Source: Alphaproteobacteria bacterium
GTDB lineage: Bacteria; Pseudomonadota; Alphaproteobacteria; JBFXJJ01
Direction: 5' to 3'
Length of the DNA: 64,000 nt
NCBI GenBank assembly: GCA_050175015.1
Contig: JBFXJJ010000008.1
Location: 1-64,000, forward strand
The position numbers were made by a program, and so were the translations under genes. The notes below the pieces were generated by a model. The model had not been told where the DNA came from and searched no databases. It was given only the letters and a program-made list of their open reading frames with translations. This document shows, one piece after another, positions 10,304 through 21,428 of the stretch. Numbering within the stretch: position 1 is the first letter of the stretch; every line of letters starts with the position of its first letter.

Positions 10304-11416
10304 TTATTGCAGTAAAAACTCTCTTCCAAGTTTAACGCATTGCCTGTCATCATAGCAAATAACGTCTGCAGTGGCATAAGTTTCGGTCCATTCCAATGGC
10401 AGATATGAACCTGTGCCGATAACATCAAGCGGGGCATTAGCTACTGCCATAATATGGCATTTATCTAGTGAAAAACCACTTGAAGCAACAATTTTTACCT
10501 TATCAAAACCATTTTTGTTGAGCTCTTCTCTAAGGTACCAAATTGCGGCGGCGGAAACGCCTGTGCCAATAAGATGTTTAAGCTCTTGTTCGGTACGATA
10601 ATTCTTTATGGCTTCTGGAGCCTTTTTCTCGAGAATATTGTATGAAGAGTTAGTATTCAAGCCCTCAACAAATCGACCGCCGTGAGTGTCCAACCTGATT
10701 GAAACTTTACCTTCATCAGCAAGTTTTTTAAAGAAAGAGCATACTTCCAAGCTATCGGTTATTTCTTTGCCAAAGAAGTCGGCAAGAACCACAAGATTGG
10801 TCTGAGGAAAAAGGTCGTGAAACATTTTAGCTGCCTCTAAAGTAGAGTCAGCATAGCCAATCAAATTATGAGGCATTGTTCCTAGACCGTTTTTTAAACC
10901 GAAATAATGGCACGTAGCATCATTGGCGGTTCCAATAAATCCTTTAGCCCCTTTTTTATTGGCAGCTTTAGTTCCAACAAAAGCCCCATAAGCCATTAAA
11001 TCTGCCATTTCAGAGCCAGCACAGTGTCTTGCGTCCATAGCAATAAAGGCAGTTTGAGGCAGTTCTAATGCCATCGCAAAAGCATTGTATGCTGCAACTG
11101 AGGTGGCTCCGATTTTTTGTAAGAATATAGTTTCTAGCTCTACTAATTCAGCAAAAGAGCCCGAATAGTAAAGCATAGGTTCTCCAGAACCTATCCAATC
11201 TCCTTCTTGATACTTTGTTTTGACGTCAATTTTGATATTTTTTGCTGCGGCAACTTTTTGCAGCCAAGTTACGGCAATTTGCGGTGCGAAAAGTATAGGT
11301 CTTCTCATAAAAACAGCATAGGTAACTTTTTTGTCGCCGTATTTTTCGATAATGGCTTTTGTGTTTGAAAAATATTTATCGGTAAAAAAAGGAATATCAT
11401 CAATAATTTTGGTCAT
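10304..11416 (-). CDS. Nicotinate phosphoribosyltransferase-like protein
   Basis: TDKYF, MDARH, GTMPH, IRLDTHG and ASSGF motifs. Confidence 0.8.
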   Translation of the reverse strand: MTKIIDDIPFFTDKYFSNTKAIIEKYGDKKVTYAVFMRRPILFAPQIAVTWLQKVAAAKNIKIDVKTKYQEGDWIGSGEPMLYYSGSFAELVELETIFLQKIGATSVAAYNAFAMALELPQTAFIAMDARHCAGSEMADLMAYGAFVGTKAANKKGAKGFIGTANDATCHYFGLKNGLGTMPHNLIGYADSTLEAAKMFHDLFPQTNLVVLADFFGKEITDSLEVCSFFKKLADEGKVSIRLDTHGGRFVEGLNTNSSYNILEKKAPEAIKNYRTEQELKHLIGTGVSAAAIWYLREELNKNGFDKVKIVASSGFSLDKCHIMAVANAPLDVIGTGSYLPLEWTETYATADVICYDDRQCVKLGREFLLQ

Positions 11417-11428
11417 AACTTATAACCT

Positions 11429-12799
11429 CTAAGCAAGATTGTTTGAACCTCTAAGTGATTTTTTAAGCATATCAGAAATCAAAAAAGCAAGCTCCAAAGA
11501 TTGATTGGCATTAAGCCTTGGATCGCAATGCGTTTGATAACATTCTAAAAGATTGCTCTCGGATATATCTTGGGAACCACCTAAGCATTCTGTAACGTTT
11601 TGTCCCGTCAGTTCAAAGTGAACACCGCCAGCGTGGGTTCCCTCTGCTTTATGAATATCAAAGAATTGTTTTACTTCAGACAAAATGCTTTCAAAATATC
11701 TCGTTTTAATTCCTGACTTGGTTTTTACAATATTGCCGTGCATAGGATCGCAAGCCCATACGACATTAAGACCTTCGGTTTTGATAGCATTTATCAAACG
11801 GGGAAGATGTTTAGCAATGTTGTAAACGCCCATTCTTGAAATTAAAGTAATTCTTCCTAACTCGTTCTTAGGGTTAAGAACATCACATAGTTCAAGAAGT
11901 TCATCGGCAGAAATATCAGGATCAATTTTTATACCGATTGGGTTTTCTATGCCGCGTAAAAATTCAACGTGAGAACCGTCAACTTGTCTTGTGCGGTTTC
12001 CAATCCAGAGCATATGAGCAGAGCAGTCGTACCAATCGCCTGTTGTCGAATCTATTCGCACCATAGCTTCTTCAAAAGGCAGCAATAAAGCTTCGTGGGA
12101 AGTATGAAACTGGGTTTCTCTAACTTGAGGCACGGTCTCTGCGGTTAAACCGCAAGCCGACATAAAAGCCAGTGTTTCGTGAATTCTATTTGCAAATTCT
12201 AAGTACTTTTCACTTTGAGGGCTGTTTTTTACAAAACTTAAATTCCAGCGGCTCACCTTATGCAAATCAGCGTATCCACCTTGGGCAAAAGCTCTGAGCA
12301 GGTTAAGTGTTGCTGCAGACTGGTTATAGGCTTTTATCATTCTTTCAGGATCAGGACGTCTTGCATCTTCGTTAAATTCAATGTCATTAATGATGTCGCC
12401 ACGATAAACTGGAAGGGTAACGCCGTCTTTTTCTTCGGTTCCAGCAGAGCGAGGTTTAGCAAATTGTCCTGCCATTCTGCCTACTTTAACAACAGGGCAG
12501 GAAGCCCCGAAGGTAAGAATAATGGACATCTGCAAAAGAACACGAAAAGTGTTTCTAATATTTCTAGCGTGGAACTCTTCAAAGCTTTCTGCGCAGTCAC
12601 CGCCTTGCAATAGAAAGGCCTTGCCTTTGGCAACTTCGCCTAAGGCTGTTTTTAAATTTCTAGCTTCGCCAGCAAAGACAAGAGGCGGCAAGTCAGATAC
12701 AATGTTTTCGACTTTTTTTAATGCTCTCTTATCAGGATATTCTGGTAATTGATAAGCCGTTTTTTTGCGCCAGCTGTCAGGATTCCATTTTTGATTCAT
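11429..12799 (-). CDS. Class II DAHP synthase
   Basis: [29 protein letters not shown] and CDPRLN motifs. Confidence 0.96.
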   Translation of the reverse strand: MNQKWNPDSWRKKTAYQLPEYPDKRALKKVENIVSDLPPLVFAGEARNLKTALGEVAKGKAFLLQGGDCAESFEEFHARNIRNTFRVLLQMSIILTFGASCPVVKVGRMAGQFAKPRSAGTEEKDGVTLPVYRGDIINDIEFNEDARRPDPERMIKAYNQSAATLNLLRAFAQGGYADLHKVSRWNLSFVKNSPQSEKYLEFANRIHETLAFMSACGLTAETVPQVRETQFHTSHEALLLPFEEAMVRIDSTTGDWYDCSAHMLWIGNRTRQVDGSHVEFLRGIENPIGIKIDPDISADELLELCDVLNPKNELGRITLISRMGVYNIAKHLPRLINAIKTEGLNVVWACDPMHGNIVKTKSGIKTRYFESILSEVKQFFDIHKAEGTHAGGVHFELTGQNVTECLGGSQDISESNLLECYQTHCDPRLNANQSLELAFLISDMLKKSLRGSNNLA

Positions 12800-12813
12800 T
12801 CTTGCTATAACCT

Positions 12814-13593
12814 TTAAATATTTGTTTTAATTTCTATGCCTTCTTCTTTAAGAACCAGAAGTAATTCCGATAAAAACTCACGTTCATTATCGTGAATAAC
12901 ACCATCTGACAATATTAGCTTAATAAAGGTTTCAACAAAATCCGTCAATACCTGCTCGCTTTTATTTAAAAGATCGTCTAAAGCATCATAGAAGCTGTCT
13001 TCATCTGGGTAAATACGGTTAATGTAATCACTAATTTCGTCTGGATTAAGCTCAACACTTTCTCCACGTTTGATAACATAATCAGTAATAACCTTCTTTT
13101 CGATAGGAGAAAATTCGTTGTCTGTTTGAGCAAGAAAAACTAAGCACGTTAACTCATCAGTTAGATTTCTTATAACCTCTGCGGTTGGAGAGTTGGTGTT
13201 TGTGTAAGATGCTGTTTTGGGCGAGTTGTCGTCCTCGCTAGTTTTTATCTGGCTAAAAATAAAAGCTTCTGGGTTAGAGAAGGCACGTTTGTTTTTCAAA
13301 TCAACAATTTTTTGGATTCTAGATAATAAAAAGATGCGGGGAGCTTGTGTTTCATGGCAGAAAGCATCAATTAGAACTTCATCATTCTGCTGCCAGAGCC
13401 TTCTTATGGTAATGCGCTTTTTTTCAAGTTCGTTATATTCATTTAGATAAAAAACGCCGACGAGTAAAGAGATGCCTCTAGCAAGAGGTTTGGCTTTACT
13501 TAACTTAAAGTCGTTATTCTTGACCTCAGATTCATTGTTTGGTTCTTGCAGCTGCTTTTCGTTTTCAAATTTAGGCAGTGGAGGCGGCATCAT
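12814..13593 (-). CDS. WYL-like plus TerB-like domain protein (possibly N-terminally truncated)
   Basis: Y..E...KRITI..L...[17 protein letters not shown] resembles WYL; [12 protein letters not shown] and [10 protein letters not shown] are TerB-type acidic motifs. Confidence 0.6.
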   Translation of the reverse strand: MMPPPLPKFENEKQLQEPNNESEVKNNDFKLSKAKPLARGISLLVGVFYLNEYNELEKKRITIRRLWQQNDEVLIDAFCHETQAPRIFLLSRIQKIVDLKNKRAFSNPEAFIFSQIKTSEDDNSPKTASYTNTNSPTAEVIRNLTDELTCLVFLAQTDNEFSPIEKKVITDYVIKRGESVELNPDEISDYINRIYPDEDSFYDALDDLLNKSEQVLTDFVETFIKLILSDGVIHDNEREFLSELLLVLKEEGIEIKTNI

Positions 13594-13831
13594 ATTTTGA
13601 TTAAAAGCAGGCGTTCCTGCTTTTGAACGGCTGGTTGGCGTTTCATAATCATTATGAAAATCAGGAAGTTTGGGCGGAGTTAGATTTTATTGATGTTTTT
13701 TAAAGTTTCTAAAAAAAGAAAAAAGTTTGTTTTTTGAATGCATTGCACTAAACTCGCTTGCTTATGAAAAAATATGTTTTATTATCTATATAAAACTTAT
13801 AAGTCCGATATGAAACCTAAAATAATTAAAA

Positions 13832-15499
13832 ATGCAAAAAAATATCAAAATAGCTATAGCTCAAAAGAACTTTCATCTAGGCAATATTAAGAAAAATCTT
13901 GCACAGATAAAAGATACAAGAAAAATTGCGGTTGAAAAAGGAGCCGATTTAATTGTGTTTCCAGAGCTGGCTTTGTGCGGCTATCCTCCTGAAGATTTAG
14001 TCAAAAGACAGTCTTTTTTAAAACTTATTAATAAAGCTGTTTTGGAACTTGCTGAAATAACTAAAGATGGTAAAACGGCAATCTTAGTAGGCGCACCTCT
14101 TCTTAAAGAAGGAAAATGTTATAATGGCGCTGTGCTGCTTGATGAAGGGCGAATTGTTTCTGAAATTATGAAATACGAGTTGCCTAATTATAGCGTTTTT
14201 GATGAAGTCAGAGTTTTTACCAAAGGCCCGCTGCAGAGAATTCCCGTGTTCCTTCGGGGGGTTCGTCTGGGCATAATGATTTGTGAAGATTTATGGTTCT
14301 CGGAAGTTTCAAAAGTTTTGAAAGAAAACGGATCTGAAATTTTAATTTCTATCAATGGTTCTCCTTTTGAGATGGATAAAATAGCCAAGCGCAAAGAAAA
14401 AGCCAAACAAAGAATTTTAGAAACAGGGCTTCCTATGATGTATGCTAATCTTGTTGGCGGACAAGATGAGCTAGTCTTTGATGGCGCATCATTTGTTATG
14501 AATGCTGACCAAAAAATAGCGGTTCAACTTTCAGAGTTTGTAGAAGAACTTTATATAACAGATTGGAACTTTGATAATAAAACTAAAAAATGGTTTTGTG
14601 AGGAAAGTCGTAGATCTAGTCTTTTAGATGATAATGCCAATGTTTATCAGGCAATGATGATGGGGCTTGCAGACTACGTTAATAAAAACGGGTTTAAGGG
14701 CGTTGTTATTGGTATGTCTGGCGGGATTGACAGTGCTCTTACGGCAGCTGTTGCCGTAGATGCTTTGGGCGCTGACCGTGTTAAACTTGTTATGATGCCT
14801 TCTCCTTATACCTCTCAACAGAGCCTTGATGATGCCGCTTTTGCCAGCAAGCTTTTAGGTACTAAGATTGATACTATTGCGATAACAGATGCCATGAATG
14901 TTTTTGAAAAAATGATGTCGCCGCTTTTTGGTGATTTACCGCACGATATAACCGAGGAAAATATTCAAGCTCGTTCACGTGGTTTGGTGCTTATGGCGAT
15001 TTCTAATAAATTCGGATATATGGTGCTGTCAACAGGTAATAAATCAGAAATGAGTGTTGGTTATGCCACGCTTTATGGTGATATGTGCGGTGGCTATTCG
15101 GTTTTAAAAGACGTTTATAAAACAAAAGTTTTTGAACTGTCAAAATGGCGCAATGAAAATTATATGAGTAATTTTTTAGGTTCAAAAGGCGAAGTTGTTC
15201 CTGAAAGTATTATTGTAAGACCTCCAAGCGCTGAGCTTAGAGACAACCAATTAGATCAAGATAGTCTTCCTCCTTATGAAATTCTTGACGATGTGCTAAA
15301 TATGCTTATAGAAAAAGAAATGGGAATATGGCAGATTATTAATTTAGGTTATAAAGAAGAAATGGTAAAAAATATCTGGAAATTACTTAAAAGAGCAGAA
15401 TATAAAAGAAGACAGGCGCCACCTGGTGTGAAAATAACTTCTTGCTCTTTTGGTAAAGAAAGAAGATATCCAATAACAAATGCTTTTGAAGGTGATTAA
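13832..15499 (+). CDS. nadE: Glutamine-dependent NAD+ synthetase
   Basis: Nitrilase domain (FPEL, ICEDLW) plus SGGIDS, ENIQAR and TGNKSE motifs. Confidence 0.96.
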   Translation: MQKNIKIAIAQKNFHLGNIKKNLAQIKDTRKIAVEKGADLIVFPELALCGYPPEDLVKRQSFLKLINKAVLELAEITKDGKTAILVGAPLLKEGKCYNGAVLLDEGRIVSEIMKYELPNYSVFDEVRVFTKGPLQRIPVFLRGVRLGIMICEDLWFSEVSKVLKENGSEILISINGSPFEMDKIAKRKEKAKQRILETGLPMMYANLVGGQDELVFDGASFVMNADQKIAVQLSEFVEELYITDWNFDNKTKKWFCEESRRSSLLDDNANVYQAMMMGLADYVNKNGFKGVVIGMSGGIDSALTAAVAVDALGADRVKLVMMPSPYTSQQSLDDAAFASKLLGTKIDTIAITDAMNVFEKMMSPLFGDLPHDITEENIQARSRGLVLMAISNKFGYMVLSTGNKSEMSVGYATLYGDMCGGYSVLKDVYKTKVFELSKWRNENYMSNFLGSKGEVVPESIIVRPPSAELRDNQLDQDSLPPYEILDDVLNMLIEKEMGIWQIINLGYKEEMVKNIWKLLKRAEYKRRQAPPGVKITSCSFGKERRYPITNAFEGD

Positions 15500-16836
15500 T
15501 GAAATCGGTTTTACGTTTTGCTCCAAGTCCAACAGGTCATTTACATATCGGAAATGTCAGGACGGCTCTTTTTAATTGGCTTTTTGCTGAAAAAACAGGC
15601 GGTGAAGTTATTCTCAGGCTTGATGATACCGATATTGCAAGATGTAAGCAAGAATACGTTGACGGCATTTATGAGGATTTAGAGTGGCTTGGAATAGGCT
15701 ATTCTAAAGAAGAAAAGCAGTCAGCAAGAGCTGCTCGTTATGATGAAGTTTTACAAAAGCTTATTAAAGACAGCCGTGTCTATGTTTGTTATGAGACTCC
15801 AGAAGAATTGGAATATATGCGTCGTAAGCAAAGGAAAAAAGGGCTTCCTCCTATTTATGACCGTTCGGCTCTTTCTTTAACTGACAACCAGAAAAAAGCT
15901 TATGAGAAAGAAGGACGCAAACCACATTATCGTTTTATGCTTAATCACGAAGAAATTAAGTGGACAGATTTGGTTCGTGGCGACTGCCATTACCACGGAG
16001 CACATCAAAGCGATCCCATTATTGTGAGAGAAGACGGGACTCTTTTATATATGCTGCCATCAGTGATTGATGATGCTGATTTTGGCATAACTCACATTAT
16101 TAGAGGTGAGGATCACGTTACAAACAGTGCGGTTCAAATTCAGATGTTTGAAACTTTGGGTGCCAAAGTTCCAGAGTTTGCCCATTTGCCTTTAATTACA
16201 GGAATGGACGGCAAGCTTTCTAAAAGAACAGGCAGTCTTTCCGTTTGTGAAATGAGAGAAGATGGTGTTGAGCCAATGGCAATAAATGGTTTTCTCGCTC
16301 ATCTTGGAGCAGGGCGTCCATTTAAACCTTGTTTCGATTTGAAAGAGATGGCAAAAGATTTTGATATTTCATCTTTTGGTCGTTCTCAGCCTAAATTTGA
16401 TATTAAAGAATTAGAGCATATCAATGCCCAGTTAGTTCACGATATGCCTTATTCTTATGCGGTTAAAAGGCTGGAATCTTTTAATTCAAAAATGGTTTCT
16501 GAAGATTTTTGGGAAACAGTTAAACCCAACCTCAGCAATATTAAAGAGGTGTCTGACTGGTATCAAATTTGTATGAATGATATTAGCTGTAAAGTTGATG
16601 CTCAAGATGCCGAATTTTTGAAAAATACAGTTAAATTCTTGCCAAGTGAACCTTGGAATGAAGAAACTTTCAGTATTTGGACTAAAGACGTATCAAATAA
16701 TTTGGCAAGAAAGGGCAAAGAACTTTTTATGCCTATTAGACTGGCATTAACAGGGCTGGAACACGGTCCAGAGTTGAAGCATCTTTTACCGTTAATAGGC
16801 AAAGATAAAACCATAGAAAGACTAAGCAAACAATAA
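15499..16836 (+). CDS. gltX: Glutamate--tRNA ligase
   Basis: RFAPSPTG.LHIGN, IIRGEDH and KLSKR motifs; C-terminal anticodon-binding domain. Confidence 0.95.
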   Translation: MKSVLRFAPSPTGHLHIGNVRTALFNWLFAEKTGGEVILRLDDTDIARCKQEYVDGIYEDLEWLGIGYSKEEKQSARAARYDEVLQKLIKDSRVYVCYETPEELEYMRRKQRKKGLPPIYDRSALSLTDNQKKAYEKEGRKPHYRFMLNHEEIKWTDLVRGDCHYHGAHQSDPIIVREDGTLLYMLPSVIDDADFGITHIIRGEDHVTNSAVQIQMFETLGAKVPEFAHLPLITGMDGKLSKRTGSLSVCEMREDGVEPMAINGFLAHLGAGRPFKPCFDLKEMAKDFDISSFGRSQPKFDIKELEHINAQLVHDMPYSYAVKRLESFNSKMVSEDFWETVKPNLSNIKEVSDWYQICMNDISCKVDAQDAEFLKNTVKFLPSEPWNEETFSIWTKDVSNNLARKGKELFMPIRLALTGLEHGPELKHLLPLIGKDKTIERLSKQ

Positions 16837-16863
16837 ACAGCGCATAATAGTAGGAGAAAACTT

Positions 16864-18252
16864 GTGGCTTTAACTTTATTTAATACCTTGACCAGAACTA
16901 AAGAAGAATTTATCCCGCTTGATAAAAATAAAGTTGGCATGTATGTTTGCGGTCCTACAGTTTATGATCGGGCACATCTTGGCAATGCCCGTCCAGTTAT
17001 TGTTTTTGATGTCTTGTATCGTCTTTTAAAACAGCTTTATCCTGAAGTGATTTACGTTCGTAATATTACTGATGTAGACGATAAAATTATTGAACGTTCA
17101 AAACAAAGCGGAGAACCTATCTCATCAATCACAGAAAAAACAATTAAATTTTACCATGATGATATGGCAAAACTTAATGCTTTGCCACCAGATATTGAAC
17201 CTAGAGCAACACTTCATATCCAAGAAATGATAAATTTAATTGCAATGCTGCTCAAACAAGGTCACGCATATGAAGCCGAAGGACACGTTTTGTTTGATGT
17301 TTCTTCAATGCCTAATTATGGAGAGTTATCGGGGCGTTCTTTAGATGATATGATTGCGGGTGCTAGAGTTGAGGTTGCTCCATATAAGAAAAATGCGGCA
17401 GATTTTGTGCTTTGGAAACCGTCAACAGGAGACCAGCCAGGTTGGGATAGCCCTTTTGGTTTTGGCCGCCCAGGCTGGCATTCAGAATGTTCGGCAATGA
17501 GCAGTAAATATCTTGGCAATAGCTTTGATATTCACGGCGGAGGTTTAGATTTAATCTTCCCTCATCACGAGAACGAGATTGCGCAGTCTAAATGCTGTTT
17601 TAAAGGTGAAAGTTATGCTAGGTATTGGGTGCATAACGGACATTTGATGGTAAACGGCGAGAAAATGTCAAAATCTCTCGGCAATTTTTTTACGGTACAA
17701 GAGGTTTTAGCAAAAGCTCACGGCGAAGCTATTAGAACCTGTATGCTTATGACCCATTATCACCAGCCGTTGAATTGGACCGATGCGGGATTAAAGCAGG
17801 CTGTTCAAACTATGAACAAATTTTATACGGCACTGCGTGCGGTTGATGAAATAAAAGCCGATGTTTGTGAGCCTGTTCCCGAAATTGTTAAAGCTTTGAG
17901 CGATGATTTGAATACGCCTCTTGCTATTTCAGTTCTGCACGATTTAGTTTCCGCTTTGAATAAAGCAGAAACTACAGCTGAAAAAGCAGCTAAAAAAGGT
18001 GAGCTTCTAGCTTCGGCTAATCTCTTGGGTTTGCTTGCAATATCTGCGGAAGAGTGGTTTAAATGGCAGCCTGAGGGCGTAGATAACGCTATTATTTCTG
18101 ATGATGAAATTGAAAAACTTATTCAAGAGAGAAAAGATGCAAGAGCATCAAAAAACTTTAAACAAGCAGATGAAATAAGAAAAAAATTAGAAGAAGCCGG
18201 AATAATTTTAGAAGATTCGCCTAGCCAAACAACTTGGAGGCGAGTAAACTAA
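16864..18252 (+). CDS. cysS: Cysteine--tRNA ligase
   Basis: CGPTVY..HLGN, GRPGWHSEC, HHENE and KMSKS motifs. Confidence 0.97.
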   Translation: MALTLFNTLTRTKEEFIPLDKNKVGMYVCGPTVYDRAHLGNARPVIVFDVLYRLLKQLYPEVIYVRNITDVDDKIIERSKQSGEPISSITEKTIKFYHDDMAKLNALPPDIEPRATLHIQEMINLIAMLLKQGHAYEAEGHVLFDVSSMPNYGELSGRSLDDMIAGARVEVAPYKKNAADFVLWKPSTGDQPGWDSPFGFGRPGWHSECSAMSSKYLGNSFDIHGGGLDLIFPHHENEIAQSKCCFKGESYARYWVHNGHLMVNGEKMSKSLGNFFTVQEVLAKAHGEAIRTCMLMTHYHQPLNWTDAGLKQAVQTMNKFYTALRAVDEIKADVCEPVPEIVKALSDDLNTPLAISVLHDLVSALNKAETTAEKAAKKGELLASANLLGLLAISAEEWFKWQPEGVDNAIISDDEIEKLIQERKDARASKNFKQADEIRKKLEEAGIILEDSPSQTTWRRVN

Positions 18253-18319
18253 AATTATCTATATTTTTTTAGTTGATTTTAAAACTTTTATACAATCGTT
18301 TGTTTGGGGTTAGCTGTGA

Positions 18320-21300
18320 ATGGCGTATTTTGGGCATAAAAATAAAATAATTATAATTAATGATGATGCCGAAATATTATCACTTTTAAAAAAAGAGCTT
18401 CCTAAAGATGCCGCAAGTGTTGCGGTATATAACAGTTTGGCAAAAGCAAAACGCAGCAAAAGTTCTAAAGAGCACAATATCATTTTTTTTAATCCATATT
18501 TGGAAAGTAAGAGCAACTCTGATTTTTTAGGCAGTCTAAAAAAAGTGTTTGTAAACTCTATTTTTGTTGCCGTTTATAATAAGGCGAAAGAAAAAGATAT
18601 TGCTGAGTGGCTAGATGAGGGCGTTGTAAGCTTTGTTGCTAAAGAAGATATCAAAAAAAATGTTCTCACAAATCTTATATATGATTTAAGTTTAAGATTT
18701 AATATCTCAGAAAAGAGAAGTCATAATTATGATATTTTTGATGGCATTCTAGCTTGTCTTCGTGATGCGGTTATGGTTGTCTTGCCGATAAAAAAGCAAA
18801 GTCAGATTGTAGATTTTAAAATTATCATAAGCAATTTAGAAGCAGGGAAAATCTTTGCAAGAAATGCTAATGAAATTGAAGGTGAAAAGCTTTCAAAAAT
18901 TATAAATTTTGAGGAAAACAAAGATTTTTTTGAAAAACTTAAAAATGTTTCATTAAACAACGACGTTCTTGATTTAGAGTTTAAAACTGTTATTGATAAC
19001 AAGGAAAAGTGGCTTTATATCAAGGGGCTGAAAACAAAGACAGGGATTATTTTGGCCATAGCCGATATTTCTCTTAGAAGAAGTTTTGTTAAAACTTTAC
19101 GTGAAACTAAAGACCATTCTGAAGAAATAGATTATGTAAAAAATAAAATTTTAGCAGAAGTTGCGGAAGAATATATTTCTGATGTTGAAGAGATAGCTAG
19201 TTTATCAGAGTTGATAAAAAACAAAGTCCACGGCGATAATATTGACAGTTATGCTAATTATATTTCAGAAATTAATCTAAAGTCGCTAGATTTATCGAAA
19301 TCGCTTGGAACTGTTTCTGAAAAAATAAGGATTGCTAAAGAACTGAATTTTGAAGAAGGTTTTATGAATCATATTCCTCATATGGTTTGTTTATGCCGTT
19401 GTGATAAAATCGAAAACATCAATTCAGCAGGATTTAAAAAACTGGGTTTTAATTCTGCAGGTGAAGTTATAGGGCGCAGCTTAACAGAATTTGTAGATGA
19501 TGATGCTGAGAAAAAAATCAAGTCAGGTTTAGATGTTTTGGCGTTTAAAAATAAATCAGTTTTTATGACGTTTAAGCCGAAAAATGCCAAAAAATTTGAA
19601 ACTGAAGTTAGTGTTATTAGATATCATAGTGAAGATAGCTGTGAGTTAGTTATGGTTTCTGCTAGAGATATTTCTTACCGCAAACAAATAGCTCAAAATA
19701 TAAAAAGACTTGAAGAGCGGTTGGCTCTTATTCTCGATAAGTCAAGCGAAGCCATCGTCGTAACTAACGCCTATGGCAAAATTGAAGTTTTTAATCAATC
19801 TGCGATTAATATTTTTGGATACTCGATTAAAGAAATTTATGGACAGCCTCTTTCTGCTTTGTTTAAAGATGGCATAACCGTTTTAAGTACAGTTTTCAGC
19901 TATGGTGGCAATATTGCGAAAGAGGCTATTTGTTTAAAGAAAAACAAAGAAACTTTCTGGGGTGAGGTAATTTTTTCAGAGGTTACGACTGAAAGTAGTA
20001 ATCACGTAATTACCTTAATAAAAGATATATCTAAAAGAAAACAAGATGAGGCTAAACTTAGGTTTTTGGCAACAAGGGACAGTCTTACAGGCCTAGTAAA
20101 CAGAGAGTTTTTTAAGGAAAGTTTCAAAAATAGGTTAGATACGGTTAAGGATACTAAGAAAAAATTTGCCGCCATTTTAATTGATATTGACAGATTTAGA
20201 AATATTACAGATACCTTAGGACAGCTTATTGGAGAAAAAGTCTTAATAAAGGCATCAGAAAGACTGCAGAAAATTGTTTCAAAAAAAGATTTGATTGCAA
20301 GGTTTTCAGGTGACGAGTTTGTTATTCTTGTAAGCAATGTCAAAAAATTAAAAAAATTGATTGAAGACATTAGTTATGCGATGTCGAGACCTTTTGATAT
20401 TGAAGGTAAAGAAGTCTTCACTTCAGCTTCAATGGGAATTCTAAACTGCCCTGACGATGCTTTAAACTTTGATCAAATGATGCGTAATTTAGAAGCATCA
20501 TTAAGAGTTGCTAAGGCACGAGGAATTAACAGTTATCAGTTCTATAACATTGAAATGAGCATTAACACTGAACGACGGGCATTGATTGAAAATGAGATAA
20601 GAAGGGCTTTAGGAAAAGGCGAATTTAGTATTGTTTATCAACCTAAGGTTGATATTGCGACGGGAATGGTTAATGGTGCAGAGGCTCTTTTACGCTGGAA
20701 GAATGATAAGCTGGGAATAGTTTCTCCTGTTGAATTTATTCCTGTGGCAGAAGAAAGCGGTTTTATTATAGCAATCGGAGAATGGGTTTTTGCTGAGGTT
20801 TGCAGGCAGATAGGGATATGGCAGAACGAAGGTATTAATTTTGGTCGGATAGCGATTAATCTATCTGGACGTCAATTTATGGATTTAGAACTAATAGCAA
20901 AGATTACCAAAATTATCAAAGATACTGGGGTTAAAGCCGAGCATATGGAAATAGAGATAACCGAAACAACGCTTGCTAAAAATCCAGAAGAAGCAATAAA
21001 CATTTTGAACACATTGAAAGATATGGGAATTCAAATTGCGATTGATGACTTTGGTATAGGCTACTCTTCTTTAGGATATTTAAAAAAATTCCCAATAGAT
21101 TGTTTGAAAATAGATAGAGAATTTGTTAAAGACCTGCCTAATGATGAAGAAGACGTTGCCATAACTTTAGGAATTATAAGTCTTGCTCAGAATTTAGGAA
21201 TGAAACTTGTTGCAGAAGGGGTCGAGACCTTTGAGCAGCTTAAGTTTTTGAAAGATTACAAATGCAATGAAGCTCAAGGATATTATTTAAGTTATCCTAT

Positions 21301-21352
21301 TGACGCTCAATCTGTTGCCGCATTATTGGGGCAGAAAATTATCAAAATTTAA
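18320..21352 (+). CDS. PAS-GGDEF-EAL c-di-GMP signalling protein with degenerate receiver-like N-terminus
   Basis: PAS repeats; DSLTGLVNR, SGDEF, EALLRW, DDFGIGYSSL and AEGVE motifs. Confidence 0.9.
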   Translation: MAYFGHKNKIIIINDDAEILSLLKKELPKDAASVAVYNSLAKAKRSKSSKEHNIIFFNPYLESKSNSDFLGSLKKVFVNSIFVAVYNKAKEKDIAEWLDEGVVSFVAKEDIKKNVLTNLIYDLSLRFNISEKRSHNYDIFDGILACLRDAVMVVLPIKKQSQIVDFKIIISNLEAGKIFARNANEIEGEKLSKIINFEENKDFFEKLKNVSLNNDVLDLEFKTVIDNKEKWLYIKGLKTKTGIILAIADISLRRSFVKTLRETKDHSEEIDYVKNKILAEVAEEYISDVEEIASLSELIKNKVHGDNIDSYANYISEINLKSLDLSKSLGTVSEKIRIAKELNFEEGFMNHIPHMVCLCRCDKIENINSAGFKKLGFNSAGEVIGRSLTEFVDDDAEKKIKSGLDVLAFKNKSVFMTFKPKNAKKFETEVSVIRYHSEDSCELVMVSARDISYRKQIAQNIKRLEERLALILDKSSEAIVVTNAYGKIEVFNQSAINIFGYSIKEIYGQPLSALFKDGITVLSTVFSYGGNIAKEAICLKKNKETFWGEVIFSEVTTESSNHVITLIKDISKRKQDEAKLRFLATRDSLTGLVNREFFKESFKNRLDTVKDTKKKFAAILIDIDRFRNITDTLGQLIGEKVLIKASERLQKIVSKKDLIARFSGDEFVILVSNVKKLKKLIEDISYAMSRPFDIEGKEVFTSASMGILNCPDDALNFDQMMRNLEASLRVAKARGINSYQFYNIEMSINTERRALIENEIRRALGKGEFSIVYQPKVDIATGMVNGAEALLRWKNDKLGIVSPVEFIPVAEESGFIIAIGEWVFAEVCRQIGIWQNEGINFGRIAINLSGRQFMDLELIAKITKIIKDTGVKAEHMEIEITETTLAKNPEEAINILNTLKDMGIQIAIDDFGIGYSSLGYLKKFPIDCLKIDREFVKDLPNDEEDVAITLGIISLAQNLGMKLVAEGVETFEQLKFLKDYKCNEAQGYYLSYPIDAQSVAALLGQKIIKI

Positions 21353-21428
21353 ATTGCTTCATAATTCAGAGCTAGCGGCATTTTGTTGTGCGCAAAATAA
21401 AGAAAGTCTTTAGTTAAATTATATTACT

